DNA of 63,660 bases, the filler included, from Sphacelaria rigidula (Eukaryota), in the NCBI GenBank assembly GCA_964200075.2. It is 9 parts of 9 records of this genome, joined end to end, with 100 filler letters (N's around TTAATTAATTAA, not from the genome) between each part and the next. Parts side by side here need not be neighbours in the genome. Positions count along the whole stretch, not along the records: positions 7,086 to 14,070 come from CAXNAA020017077.1; positions 14,171 to 21,155 come from CAXNAA020017078.1; positions 21,256 to 28,240 come from CAXNAA020017079.1; 6 more parts are not named here. One strand, given 5' to 3'. This document shows positions 11,382-24,500 of this stretch, piece after piece. The notes below the pieces were generated by a model that had not been told where the DNA came from, made no database searches, and saw only the letters and a program-made list of their open reading frames with translations. A program made the position numbers and the translations under genes. How positions within the stretch are numbered: the stretch's first letter is position 1; every line of letters starts with the position of its first letter.

Positions 11382-11551
11382 TTGCTCGTTGGGTTGCCAA
11401 TGTAGTGAAACAGCGTACCCCCCGGCTTGAGCACTCTGGCAAGGTCTGAGTAGAAAGCGGCGCCGTACATATCTGTCGTCTTGCACAGGGCACGCGCAGG
11501 TGGATCGTGGATAATAGCCGCGAATTCGCCGTCGGCAAAATCTTTCACCAG
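11382..11551 (-). CDS. COG2521-like methyltransferase exon (LVKDFADGEFAAIIHDPPARAL...MYGAAFYSDLARVLKPGGTLFHYIGNPTS)
   Basis: Pyrimidine tract with cacag| acceptor, AA|GTAAGA donor. Contains IIHDPP (motif IV) and RVLKPGG.LFHY.GNP. Confidence 0.92.
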
Positions 11552-11685
11552 CTGTGAAGGGGGGAGGGGAGAGGCACCGAAACATATTGTCGCCGCCGAA
11601 ATGAGTTTTGTGCACGCGCAGTTGTCTTGCTCTGCACCAAAAGCATAGGTGACGCGTTGGCTTGCTCTGTAGTTTCGGTTCACAC

Positions 11686-11869
11686 CTCACAGCAGTCCCC
11701 CTCGAGGCTGGTGATCTTGTCGCTCTCGAACATCTCTCGGCTCCACGGATTGCGGGCGCACAACCGCAATGACACCTCGTCGAGTTCCACGGTGACAACA
11801 CCAGAAACACCGCGACCCCGTGCAGCAGCGATTGCGGTGTAGCCTAGGCCGGTGCAAGTGTCGAGGACC
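11686..11869 (-). CDS. COG2521-like methyltransferase exon with SAM-binding motif I (VLDTCTGLGYTAI...VVTVELD...NPWSREMF...LEGDCCE)
   Basis: ctcag| acceptor, GAG|GTGTGA donor. VLDTCTGLGYTAI and NPWS are signature motifs of this family. Confidence 0.92.
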
Positions 11870-12125
11870 CTGAGTGTTTGCGTTGCAACAACCGAAGGGT
11901 GAGGTACACAGTATGCTCTCTTCGATGAGGGATGGGCGCGATGTGAACAATTCGATGTAACCTCGACCAAACGCAAAGCTCGCGTGGGTGCGATACCGAT
12001 TGGGTCTTGGCGGGGCGTGAGGGGGCGAAGTGAACTACGAACACATGGTTCCGCACACCCTCGTCACTGCCAACAAGACTAAATTTTCGTATTTTATTCC
12101 AACGTCATCCGCGTGAGCTACGTAC

Positions 12126-12193
12126 TTTCCATGCGCCTGCCGTGCACCAGATGCCGTCACTTTGTGCTCCGTGTCCAGGCCAGGCTCCATCGT
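12126..12193 (-). CDS. COG2521-like methyltransferase exon (TMEPGLDTEHKVTASGARQAHGK)
   Basis: cgaag| acceptor, AA|GTACGT donor (phase 2, completed by the first G of the next exon). EPGLDTEHKV resembles DP..DT..KV. Confidence 0.75.
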
Positions 12194-12500
12194 CTTCGAA
12201 ATCACCCATCAATGGAAAGACGGGAAGATAGCATGGGAGAAACACGGCGAGTAGAAACTGTGAATATAGTCAAAAGACACGTCTTGTCTCGTCGGATCTC
12301 TATATTCTAGTGTCACCCAGGAGCCCGAGTAATCTCAAGTTTAGACCATGGTGGATGTGTACTCAGCGCTCACGTTACTGGAAAAGGCCATGAGGCACGC
12401 CTCACGCTCTGGGACAAAACCATATTGTGGCCGACATCATACAAATGGTTACGTCACTGGCGTAACTTGCTTGTGTAACCTATACTACATGCGCGCGTAC

Positions 12501-12622
12501 CGACTTTTGGTCGCCGCCGCTGATGCGGTGCATGGCAAACCCGCCCAGCACCATGGTAGGCGGCCCCGGCGCCCGAAGAGGGGCGCAAAGCATGGCCGCA
12601 CGGCCGGTACTCTCGCTGAAGT
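12501..12622 (-). CDS. COG2521-like SAM-dependent methyltransferase, first visible exon (FSESTGRAAMLCAPLRAPGPPTMVLGGFAMHRISGGDQKS)
   Basis: gtcag| acceptor, TCG|GTACGC donor. PPTMVLGGFAMHRI resembles the family N-terminal motif APT..I.GI.MHR. Confidence 0.8.
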
Positions 12623-12685
12623 CTGACACCTACCAAGCCACGCCGCACGAATGGTTTGGGCGTATGAGGGAAGAGGAGAGAGCAA

Positions 12686-14070
12686 TGTTGGTGTTGTCGT
12701 TGTTGTCTTCACATTAAAACTGTTCCGAAATCTGCGCGGTACATTCGTACTGGGCATTTGATGCGGACGCCTTCCGTGGTCACAGGCTAGCTGCCTATAA
12801 TGAGGAATGAGGAAATCAAACAAAACGGTAGAAAACGAAATAGACCCAGATTAAAAACTTACAACACGCGATACAAGCAAAACAGGAATCTATCATTAAA
12901 AAAAGAGAGAATACATATGGCTAAGCTCAGAAGATCCGGTGCCGCAGGTGGCCATTCGGACTTCAGGGGGTGGCACCCGGCTCTCCAACTCGACGCGCGA
13001 GGCCGAGTAGAAATGAACATAGGGTCCGACTACGGGCGAAACTCAAGGCCCAAAAGACCACCAACCAGAGAACTAAGAATCGCAAGGTGCCATCTTTCGA
13101 CCTCTCGAGGGACAGTCATACGCACAAGCATACCAGGCATATCAAGACAAGAACTGCATGACATGACGACACCCGTCATCGGGGGGGTTCACCCCCCACC
13201 CCCCCTTCTCTGGACCATCGTCCTTGCTGTGTTATCTTGGCTTCTTTGGTCTCCCGTCCAATCGCACGCAGTCGGCTGGCCTCCTTATTCCTGTGCCATG
13301 AGGTCATGAACCTCTCCGCTCCCTGCAGCACTCCCACGTGCCACGGCAACCCCTCCTCCTTATTCGCTGCTGAGGGCCATAGGACGCGGTCAATTCCGAA
13401 TGTCTGGCGGTTGTCGTCCGTAGAGCCGTCTGTGGCTCCGAAAGCGTGGCGATCGTCCCTCAGGCACTTCACCTAGTTTTGTTCCGGGCACTCTGGTCCT
13501 GGATCTTCCCCCCGAGTAGTGTTCCGAATGCTATTCGCTTCGGTAGTCGTCCGTCCGCTTGTCTAGCCAGGGCTGCCGCGAACAGCAGTTGTCGTTGCCG
13601 GACGATCGCTTCGGCACTTCGTTATCCGGTCTTCTTGAGGGCCTGTGCATACGAAAGCTGTCGGTATGTGCCGGGCACTCGGCGGCACCCGATGACTCGC
13701 AGGAGGAGCCGGTAGTGTTCCTTTCTCAGCAAGTCGTAGTGTTCGCGGCGTGGGGGCAACGTCATGCATCCGTACAGTAGGGCCTCCATCGCCTCCGCTT
13801 TCAGCAGTCGGACCTTGAATCTCCACGGTGCTTTCGGTCGGTGAAAGAGCTCTCGGGAGAACTTCCTGATGCACGACCACGTTGCTCTGCTCCGATTGTT
13901 GATTTCTTGCTTGAGTTCGCCCTCTCCGTTGACGAGCCGGCCCAAGTATCGGAAACTTGTTTTTCGGGCGTATTTCTGGCCCGCTGCTTCGATGATCAGC
14001 CGTGGGGGAGATGGTGTTGGTGGCTCCCCCTTCTTTGGTGCTTGCCTCGGTACTCGCATCAAAAGAGTCT
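12686..14070 (-). mobile_element. LINE (non-LTR retrotransposon) 3' fragment: RT C-terminus, 3' UTR and (ACA)n tail; most likely inside an intron of the methyltransferase gene
   Basis: FRYLGRLV....EL.QEI.NR...W, KVRLLKAEAMEALLYGC and LLLRVIG motifs, with disablements. The 3' UTR motif tagcctgtgaccac...gcatca.atgcccagt also occurs at ~4150-4190. Confidence 0.88.
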
Positions 14071-14384
14071 NNNNNNNNNNNNNNNNNNNNNNNNNNNNNN
14101 NNNNNNNNNNNNNNTTAATTAATTAANNNNNNNNNNNNNNNNNNNNNNNNNNNNNNNNNNNNNNNNNNNNAGGGATGCGAGGTCAATGGTCTCATGACTG
14201 CGGCATGCGTGATCATGAGTACACCCCCTCCTCCCCACCGCACGCGAGAGATACGCGAGGGTATAGTTGATGCCAACTTTGTTTGAATGCATTCGATACC
14301 TGTGGTACCCATCCTTGACTTTGAACGTTGGAACTTTGACATTTTTTTTCGTGGTCGGGAACAAAACGAATTGAATCTCAACAG

Positions 14385-14558
14385 GTGGAATACAAGGACC
14401 TGGAGGGTAGAACATTCCTGGCTGTGCCGGGGCACACGTTGAAAGCCACGTACGAATTCGGAACCATGACTCAGTTTGCCTACCGGTTGGAGGGTGGAGC
14501 AGATGCGGAGGAGCTGGTGGTGGCCACGACGCGTCTCGAGACCATGCTAGGTGACACG
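14385..14558 (+). CDS. VARS: Valyl-tRNA synthetase exon (VEYKDLEGRTFLAVPGH...EFG...FAY...EELVVATTRLETMLGDT)
   Basis: caacag| acceptor, ACG|GTGAGT donor. Carries the editing-domain motif ATTRxETMLGD and the eukaryote-cytosolic-type VPG..EFG segment. Confidence 0.95.
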
Positions 14559-15682
14559 GTGAGTAGAGACGAGTCATTCACGAAGGTGCGCAACATCGAT
14601 CAACGCGCTCTGTAGTTTCGTTCCTGTTCCTCTTTGTATCTCACTGTCTGCCATGTGACTACTACTGCGAAATCGATGCGCGGATCTCATGATGGAAGGT
14701 ACAATTTACGTTCAAGTTTGCCTCGTTTGAAACCGTGCGAGTGCCTTGACAAGCTTGTGTCCTGGAGGGTACTACTAGGAGGTGAAACATTTTGAGCTAG
14801 CATATCAAACGATACAGGACTACTTTTGTATATCAAGACCGACCCGTAGATGGCGGGCGTGGCTTATCCAACCCACAGGCCCGAGATCAGGGTCCGGGTA
14901 GACTTGCCCGGTGTTATCAGCGAGAGCGTCGGGTCATGAAAATGTCATGATCACAGGGTACACTCTTCCTTGGATTTGGCAGGGTATCCAGCGTTGTTCG
15001 GAACAACGTGGAATGGTTTGCGTGGGTATTTACGGGTGAATTATCCATCCCACACCCGGGACATGGAGCAGATTACATGGTCAAAAAGTGTCCCACGCAC
15101 TGTATCGGCTGTTGCATCTAATGTGATGAACTGTGGAGTGCAAGCAACGGTAGAGCATCTCAAGCAATACTCGGTACTGATTGAAATTGAATCGAGTCTT
15201 GAATGAAGAGATCACAGAAGTAGTGGTGATGGTCCATGGAAGCACGTTTTCACCGCGGTAGCATGGGGCCTCGACTTGGGAGAAAACCTTCGAACAGGCG
15301 GGACCTCACCATTGTGTAATTTCCCACATTGTAACCGACGGGTCACGGGCAACCACAGAAGGGTATCGTACATCTTGCGGCCGACAGTAGTTATAGTAAA
15401 ATTAAGTACTTTATTTGTGCTTATTTTTTATTTCAGCACGTAAGTCTGATCTCTCACATCCGCTTCATTCCAACCGTACCCGACACACTTTTGTCGAGTC
15501 GAACTATCTTGGCGATCAAGGGGTGCAATGGTGTCAGAGGCTGGTCCTTGGGAGCAGCTGAGGGTGAACTCGAGTAAATGAACGGGAAATACTGCCCGCT
15601 CCGTCCTAAATATGCTGTCGATGTTAACGTTCCTCTCTTTCCTTGCCTTTCCTCTCTTCCCCCCCCTTCCCCCCCGCGCCAG

Positions 15683-15823
15683 GGTGTGGCGGTGCACCCC
15701 GAAGACCCTCGGTATAAGAAGTTCCACGGCAAGACTCTGATTCATCCCTTCACTGGCAGAAAGATTCCGGTTATCCTGGATTCCATACTGGTTGACATGG
15801 AGAAGGGTACGGGTGCTGTGAAG
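15683..15823 (+). CDS. VARS: Valyl-tRNA synthetase exon ([17 protein letters not shown]...[13 protein letters not shown]...[11 protein letters not shown])
   Basis: C-rich tract with ccag| acceptor, AAG|GTGAAG donor. AVHPED.RY and GTGAVK motifs. Confidence 0.95.
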
Positions 15824-17449
15824 GTGAAGTCGTCGGTGGGAGTTGGAATAGATTCAGGAAATTGGTCCTCTGTGGCTTGTGGTACTGCTGCTGTGTGTGT
15901 TACTCGTGTATACTGGTGCCTTGCTGACTTTGTCATGCAGAGGGGTGTCACCAGCGCTGCTGTGATCGATCGTTTGTTTGTCCTTATTAATGACTGTGGT
16001 GATATGTGTCTACTCTTCCTCTTTTTTGCGTTTCACGTTGTTCCAATACTGTCATCTCTCTCACTTCAGTCTTGCTGCATGGTTGACCAAATTGCAGGCC
16101 CATTCAGGGTCGAGGCGCACGGGTTGGTAGTTGGTGCTGTTGGTGGCAATGATTTCTTATTGCAACTTGGGAGACTTGTATTGCTGAAAAGACGTTGATG
16201 ATGAGGAGGACGTTCACGACTCCCTTGCTTCGTCGACGCGGTTAATGGGCAGACGACGATACCTTTTGAGCTTCTTGACTCATGAAAGAGATGGGGAAAA
16301 TCTAAGGAACAAGTTGTTTCAGGATGATGAATCACCAACGTCTGCGCGGGAGCTGAAAGCCTCACTACGGGAGCTTCGGACCTGCCTTTGTTGTCCGTGG
16401 TGATTGGCGGCGGATTGCCCCCACCAGATGTGCCATCAATGATTCGATTCGGAAATGTAGAAGCAAGGACAGCACGGCACATTATTTAAAGTCAGGGACA
16501 GACAGTACGCACCACCCTGCAGTGCAGTGCGGTGCAGGACGGAACAGTACACTACACTGCAGTTTCATACACAACTATGGTTCGTTGCGTTTCTTTACGG
16601 TGCAGTGCCGCATACACCACGGCGGTACTTCCAAATAACAGACGAACACCGATATTGCGCCATTCCTCCCACAGCAGTCAATGGTCAAATGACTAAGGCG
16701 AGCAACAAATGAGTACGCCCCCCCCCACAGCGATGGTGGAAGATGTCATGAACTCCAAATATACAGCAGTATAGCCCGTTGCAGCACTGCTGCTGCTCGG
16801 TCGACCGCGACCCGTTCACACCGTCTTCTGCCAGCTGGACATATACACACGAGATTTGTAACACAGTACTCGGGAGCTGTACTGTAGTCGGAATCTTGTA
16901 CACTCCGACCACTTGGATTAAATGTATCAACCAAGCGAACGCTGACATCATGACGGTACGATGATGGCCTGTATGCGGTTGTTTAGCGTTGCTACTTCCG
17001 TGACGTATTTATTGTGATGAGTGTTATAGGTGACGTCCCACGTGGTATGCTGGGGTATATTGATCGTGAACTAGCTTCGACCGGTGGTAGCGTGGTCGTG
17101 ATTCCTCTTCGCTCCATCCTGACTCCTGAAGAGGCATTTCAGACTTCCGGACGAACGATCCGAAATAAGGCTACGATCCCGAAAAATCCATATTTCAACA
17201 TCGAACTTGTTCTCTGACCGATTACTCCCCCCCCCCACCCCCACCCTGATTCTAACTGTAAAAATAAAAAATAAATCCGAAACTCTGTAATAGCAACAGC
17301 TCGCAGACGGAGGTAACCTGGAAATCTCAACGAAAGACTCGAATCATCATCTTGCCTTTCGTCTGAATTTTTTTTGCTGCCTCTCTTCCCCCTTCCCGCC
17401 TTGGTCTTTCGTGCTCTTTTTTCCTCGTGGTCCATCTCAACTCCCGCAG

Positions 17450-17548
17450 ATCACCCCGGCGCACGACCCGAATGATTACGAATGCGGGAAGCGCCACGAC
17501 CTTCCCTTCGTCACGGTTCTCGGTCTGGATGGGGCCATGAATGCCCAG
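17450..17548 (+). CDS. VARS: Valyl-tRNA synthetase exon ([33 protein letters not shown])
   Basis: cgcag| acceptor, CAG|GTACAT donor. ITPAHDPND editing-site motif directly continues GTGAVK. Confidence 0.95.
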
Positions 17549-17898
17549 GTACATTTCAGTATATATCACGATCATAAAAGGGTACTTTCGTGTATGAAAC
17601 TCGAGGAAACCAGGAGCCTCTCGTTGCTTGAACGCAAAAATTTCAGCTTTTACTTATTATTGTAGCCCAGGGTTTTTGAGAAGATATTTGTCTTGAAGAT
17701 GATGGGACGCTGTTTTGTAAAATCGTGCTAGCATAATAGCTGAAAGCCTACACACATAATGCTGTTGACGTGTAGTTCTTGAACACTATTCAAAGTGGAC
17801 TTTTTTCACCTCCACAGTAATATTATGGTGCTCGTAAGAGGGCGCGCCAGTGATGGTTAATCCTAGTTTCCCCTGGAAATTGCACCGGAACAACACAG

Positions 17899-18059
17899 GC
17901 CGGGGAGTTCGCGGGCATGATGCGATATGACGCGCGTACCGCCGTTGAGAAAGCTCTGGAGGCGAAGGGCTTGCTAAGGGGAAAGGAATCGCACAAAATG
18001 AACCTGGGCTTCTGCTCTAGGTCGGGGGACATTATCGAGCCCATGATTACACCGCAGTG
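17899..18059 (+). CDS. VARS: Valyl-tRNA synthetase exon ([54 protein letters not shown])
   Basis: cacag| acceptor, TG|GTGAGT donor (phase 2). CSRSGD.IEP...PQW motif. Not present in the supplied ORF track. Confidence 0.95.
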
Positions 18060-18699
18060 GTGAGTTAGCTGTTGATGGTGTGGGCTAGTTAGTGCAGCGA
18101 CAGCGTGTGTGTTGGGTGAGTTGCTTCGATCCTCTTGTGACACATGCTTGGGTCACCAAAAGAAAATGTACGAAGGAACGGTTTATTTTTACTCACAGGG
18201 TGTCGACAAGCCCGCTTTTCTGTGGGTATGGAAGAGTGATGCTTATATGACTAGTTTCGGCGCCGATCCTTGTCCGAAAAAGGGACTGGTTTTTTGGGCA
18301 TTTCTTTTTTCGATCCTGTTGTCCATTTGTTTCCTATTGATGGTGAAGAGTTTCGGAATAAATCACGACACCTTCCAGAGTCGGAGTGGAAGTTTTTGAG
18401 ACTTTACAGTTGACGTTGGAAAATTTTCTATTACGGAAGCTGGTGTAGCGTGGCGTGTCTTGACGTCGATTTCACTTTGTGGCAGTGGGGCCGTGGGTTG
18501 CCCCACCGACTGTGCGATCGACCAGCGTCCAGTTCCAAAATGCATAGGTCAGCTTTGCACTGTCTGTACGAAGGCAGTGGCGAGTCTTCGTTGTATCGTA
18601 CCCTGCGGCACCGTACCTTACCGTACACTACGCCCCACTGCACTTGCACTTCAGTCGTGGGCGGTCTAACTATTCAGCGGAGTTTTAGGGTTCTCCTCG

Positions 18700-19200
18700 C
18701 GTACTACTCTTCGATAGAACTCGAAATTGCTAGCGTCGGTGGATTTTGGTACAACGAACAGATGATCCTTGAAACACAGTGCCTAAGTCAGTGCTAGTTG
18801 GTGTCACCGGGCGAAACGAGTAAATAATCCGTTCATCAGGAGGGTGTTACTTACCGTAAAGCACAGTTTTTTTACTCTAGTGCAACGAGTAGACATATTA
18901 AAAAAAAAAAAAAACGCCCATTTTTCAGAAGTATGATCGGGACAGGCTCGATCGACCGAAAATACCGAAGAGTAAGAATTTGGGATGAAACGTCGCAGGA
19001 CCCCCGATGACCGGTCAGCCCGCGAGTCACTCAACATTGAGTACAGATGATTTTTTTCTTGGAATGTGGAGCGGATACATATATCTTCAGATCCCCAATG
19101 TGTTGAGCGGTGGCAAACGAAAAGAGTCCAAGAAAATCGTCAATTACAGAGAAATCACAAAATGCCTCAAAATGAACACGTAGACCGCCCACTACTGTAA
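18700..19200 (+). repeat. ~500-bp dispersed repeat; homologous copy at ~47730-48230
   Basis: Colinear similarity from ctcttcgatagaactcgaaa.tgctagcgtcgg through gatcgggacaggctc.atcgaccgaa to ggaatgtggagcggatac. Confidence 0.8.
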
Positions 19201-19848
19201 ACTGCACTACGGCGTATTACAGGTAAAGTACAGTGCTACCCAACAGAACGCATGGCAGCACTTCCAAAGAACAGACAGCGCCGCGTTGCAATAATTTTCC
19301 AACAAGACACCCGTAACGGTGGTGCGAGATGCCCTGACCTTTAACGGAATGACAAGGCGGCCAAGTGCAGCAGAGGAGCTGTACCCAAGGCAACGTCTTT
19401 TCCCGCCGAACATTTGGATGGTACGCAACACAACCAAGCGTATTGTAATACTACACCTTGGTGGCGGCAGGGAGCCCCTGTGGTTGCGATGCCAAGCGCT
19501 GCTATTTCATGTCGGTTCATTGTGATGGAACATGACAGTTGTGATGGATGTCGCACTTTGCTTGTGAGGGTTATTGACTTTGAACTGGCTGTGACCGTTG
19601 TAGTGGGGGTTGGGAGTGTTTTTTTTTCGTCTTGCCGTAAAGTTTGACGAGGCTTTTTAGTCGTTTTTCAGAGTGGCGTGCTGTAAGCAGCACTTTACCC
19701 TGAAACTGTTTCCCTTGTAGACCGCACACCGCTACTGGCTTTTCCCCCCCCCCCCCGCCCTCTTCCACTGTGACTCTGGTATGCGGGAAAAAACAACACT
19801 TGACAAAACTGTTCAATATTCCCGTGTTCCCGCGTATGTGTTTACAAG

Positions 19849-19971
19849 GTACGTGAAGTGCGAGGGCATGGCGAAGCGAGCCGTGGACGCCGTGAAAAAA
19901 AAGGAGCTGAAGATAGAGCCCGCCATGCACGAGAAGACGTGGTATCAGTGGCTCGACAACAGTCGGGATTG
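19849..19971 (+). CDS. VARS: Valyl-tRNA synthetase exon (YVKCEGMAKRAVDAVKKKELKIEPAMHEKTWYQWLDNSRDW)
   Basis: acaag|G completes Trp, TG|GTGCGT donor. W..WL.N.RDW motif. Confidence 0.95.
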
Positions 19972-20407
19972 GTGCGTCAACTAATGACTCTTCACCCCCC
20001 TCCCATCCTCATGAAAAAGCAATACGGAGTAGAACTTATGCAGTGGCACAAGGTGAACACCAAGAAAGGAACGTGACGGGTTGAAAGGGGAAATGTGGGG
20101 AGTAATCAAAGTTGGCATGAATTCGTTCGGTACATGACACAAAGGTGTGAGAAAATGATCGCCATACAACAACATAGATGGCCGTAGACGGCGACGCAGG
20201 AAGGGGATAGTATATGTATAACTCCATTTATGCGACTTGTTGAGCACATCACGGTGCTGAGCGCTTGATGATGGCGAGCCTGGTCTGGCGAAAACCCGGC
20301 GTGCTCCGTCCCGGCTTTGTATGAATGCGACGTCAATGGTTTTATGATGACATGCAAGATCATCAGTACACGCCCCGCCCTTGGGTCCAATGAAAACCAC
20401 GGTGTAA

Positions 20408-20632
<225 letters not shown>

Positions 20633-21599
20633 TGATGAACATGAACTCGCATGGATAGATGGCATTTCAAGCTGGGGTGTTGATTCCACGGTCCAGTGGT
20701 GAGGCCCGGTGACCTTCGAATCAAGCGTTGCAATACCTTCCTGCTAGAGACGGCACCGGCTTTGAGTTGACAACCAAAATGTATACCCGACCCCTCGTCG
20801 GGTGGTCGGTAGCCGTGCGAATGACCTTTTGAACTCAGCATTACATCCCCGCTACGAGCTGGACCAGCCAAGAGTAGGCGCGAACCTCGCTCAGGCAACG
20901 CACGGCGAGATATTAGGAGTTGGCCGCTGAAATTTCGACAGCACCTTTTCGTGATCGAAATGCCGAAAGTCACATGAGCAGGGAAGAAAGAAAATACAAA
21001 TAAGGAAGTTATGGGGATTCGAAATTTCAGAAGAAGAAAGTAGATGGTGTCGCAAGCCCAGGGAAAGAAGCTGCAGCTGGATTCGTGAAGTATCAGTTCC
21101 TTGGGTGCAGAAGATCTTCCTGAAATTTCAGCTCAACACTCGTCGAATTGGGCCGNNNNNNNNNNNNNNNNNNNNNNNNNNNNNNNNNNNNNNNNNNNNT
21201 TAATTAATTAANNNNNNNNNNNNNNNNNNNNNNNNNNNNNNNNNNNNNNNNNNNNTCTCCCCCACACACCTGCGGCGGGGGGGGGGGGGGGGGGGGGGGC
21301 TATCGTAGAAAGTGTCGGCAGCCCACTCCCCTTTCCCGTCGACAACGCTTGGCGCCGTCTCAGTCCACCACCGGCGACGGGCAAGTTCATCGCCTGAACC
21401 AAGGTCTGCCAAGCGGTACAACATAGCTCAAAAGAGAAGTCTTCCGTGACAAGTCTTGTGGGTGCTGCGCATGCGCGAAAACCTCAAACCAGCCTACGAT
21501 CGCCGTACTGTCGATTACTCTGCCGATTCCCCACGCTCGTGTCAGGAAGGGACACGACGTGCACAGTTGGGAACGGATGAACGACAAAACGACACGCCT

Positions 21600-24500
21600 A
21601 CGCCGACGTCAAGGCTGGGAAGACAAGATAACAGCGACTAGTTCTCACAGGCTTTACGCTCATGCCCAAATGATGCGGAAGTTCGCCATTGGTACCAAGA
21701 GGACTGCCAAAAAACTCGTATCTCGATAATATTGTCCAACAGGCATGTTTGCGTGTCCCGAAGAACCTTCACCCAAGTATGTAGAGACACAGATGTTTGT
21801 TTTAGAAGCATCTTGACAACAGGTCTAATTCAACGTAGGTTTCAACCCCTGAGGCGTCGTACCATCCAGGATGCACATCACGGAGTACCTCCGAAGTGGA
21901 GCGATGCTTACCACCATATTTTACCTACACGCCACTCCGAAAAGCTACCCCTATGTGCCACCGATACACCAGCCAACCCCTCATACCAACCTTGGACGGG
22001 TCCAAGCTCTCCTTCTTGTCTTTCTTCTTTTTTTTCTTCTTCTTCCCTGCCTCCGGCGCCCCAGCGCTTGCTCGACCTTCCTCTGATAACTCTGTTGGTG
22101 CCGCTGCTGCTATGGATCCATTGGCCGACGCTGCAGGCGGTGCTGCGGGCTCGTCCTGGGCTACTGTAGGCGCCACTGTCATTTCCACAGATGGGCGAAT
22201 CGTACGGGAAAAAAAACAGACGCAAGCCACTCACAATATATCTTGTTCTTTATGGGGGAAAATGCTGTGAAGGACAGATTGGCATTTGCACAAGTTACCC
22301 GCCGTTCCAACCCTTGAGCTGCCATTACAGGGGTCATGTTGCGTCAGTAAATGACAACGTCAACAGGATGGCTCGCAGCCATGATCCTCAGAAGCGCATG
22401 CGACAAAACCCCGTTTCGCCCGAAGCGCTACGCACGTCAGTGCGTTATCATCCACCATATCGACTTTGCACCGAGTTTTTCTCCACAAAAAATAATAGGA
22501 AGCCTGAGCAAGACTTCGGCTCAACATCAACCCGAATAAATATCTGCCAGCCACATCTGATGCACAGTGACACTCTTGTACAACGTGGCAAACAGCGCAA
22601 AACGTAAGGACACTTTCCCTAATTGTTGCACTCGTGAAAAGGTTCAACAGTGTGCTCGACTATCAGCAAAAGATTGTGAAGGTGTGTTGCAAAGCGTCAT
22701 TTTGACTCCCAAAACCGCCGGAGCCGGGGGCATGTGCATCCGGGACAAAAGGTGCGAGCTTGAGTGATGCGGAAGATGTGTCCTCTTCTTTCGATGACCA
22801 AGCACTGCTGCAGTAGAGATGCTAGACTATTTGCGGTAAAAAGGCGTCCGACAAAAGTTCGAGAAATCTTGTATTACTAAACTCGGCCTAGCTTGAAGAT
22901 ACTCCGTAACGCTTCCCGTACATATACGGAAGGTTGAGGGACGCCGACAAGATGCAGTGACGACGCCACGGCCACGTTGCTCCTGGGAAAGCCAGTGGCA
23001 TTCCACGACTCACTACACACATGAAAGATTCCTCGAAGATTCCTCGTCGATAGCGAGAGGATCCTCTCTTACGCTGGAGCAAATGTTGGGGCTACCGCCC
23101 TGTACACCGCATCATTGGGCCCGCATTCTCCGCTTGTGGGAATGCCGTGTTGCCATGATCAGCGTGATGAGGTATTGGCATTCACTCAGAGCACGTGACA
23201 CTACATCTTACTCGTGTGCACAACTGTCGGTGAACAAACAAGATATCACGTTCCTGGCACCATACTTGCTGGCCCGTTGGTGGCGTCATCATCGACAACA
23301 AGAGTCGCCTTGCTGCTACACTACCACCCAGGAGAGAGATACCCAGGGCAAGTGGAGGACAAAGCAAACACAGGAGGGGGAACAGAGGCCTGATGCAGTT
23401 TGTCCTAGGGACGCCCGTCTAGCAGAAGTGACCCAAGAACATGGTCAACAACATCGTTCCACCTGCGAATGGAGGGCCGAGGGGGATCAAAAGCAGGAGA
23501 GGAGTACGGCGGGTACTGTCGCCGTCACCCACTCAACACAGCCATCTCACAAAATATAGGCAACCTGAATGGTTGCAGGCGTCAAGGAGGGCACATGGTC
23601 GCGGTTGGGACAATGGTGAATGAAGGCCCACACATGACAACAATGCATTGCGCACACTGAACGCTTCTCTTTCTAGGTGAAACACGCTTCATTTTTTCCA
23701 AAACACGGACACGTATGAACAAAAAACATACGGTCATGACCGAACACGACGATCCTCTGTGCAGCATGTTGTGGCCAGGCCAGCTCAAATCCTGCCCCTC
23801 CGTCGCATGGAGATGGCGCGTTTGGCATCACCCGGAAGTGCCAGACTCCAGCAGCATCGCTTGATGGGAGGCACATGTCGCGATATGGTACACAAGGTCT
23901 CGACGGCAGTTCATGGTCTCCACAGGCCACCCTCAAAGTCAAACTTGCAGCGGATCAACTACCCGTACAAACATAGCACCGGGGGTACAGAAAAGCTCAA
24001 GGTCACGACACTCCAGACGAACAAGCCGGCGTTGATCTCACGGAGTGTCAGCAGTAACAAAAAAAAGTACGCGCACGGGTGAGAGCATGTTCTTTTGGCA
24101 GAGAATTTTCAGTCGGCCTCCCTGTATTGTAATGCTGGGAAAAGCATGAGTTCCTTCGCGATCCTCTGGATGATTAGGGCCCTGCTTCTCTCGATAGAAG
24201 CACGTGCGGGTACAGAGGATCCCGGCGAGGATTTTCGTACCATGCACCGTGAGAGGGCGATCCCCGAGGCGACAGCGATTGATGGTACCCGCACCCGGGT
24301 CTTCCTCGCTAGATCCAAAGCACGTCCCCCTGGCGCTCGTCTTGTCTCGTGGATGTGATCCTCGACAGACAACCCGAGCTTTCCCACCGTAATGTGCACC
24401 AGCGCGTCTGCACTGAATCAGGATTGTGCGAACAACAATTCACGCCTTCCAGCCTTGTTCCGTGGACGAGAGCTGGATGCTGAATGCTAGCTGTTCCAAC

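Noticed and set aside
10845-12622. Prokaryotic contaminant as the source of the methyltransferase
   Set aside because: It has four in-phase spliceosomal introns and is flanked by SINE and LINE families shared with the other host scaffolds.
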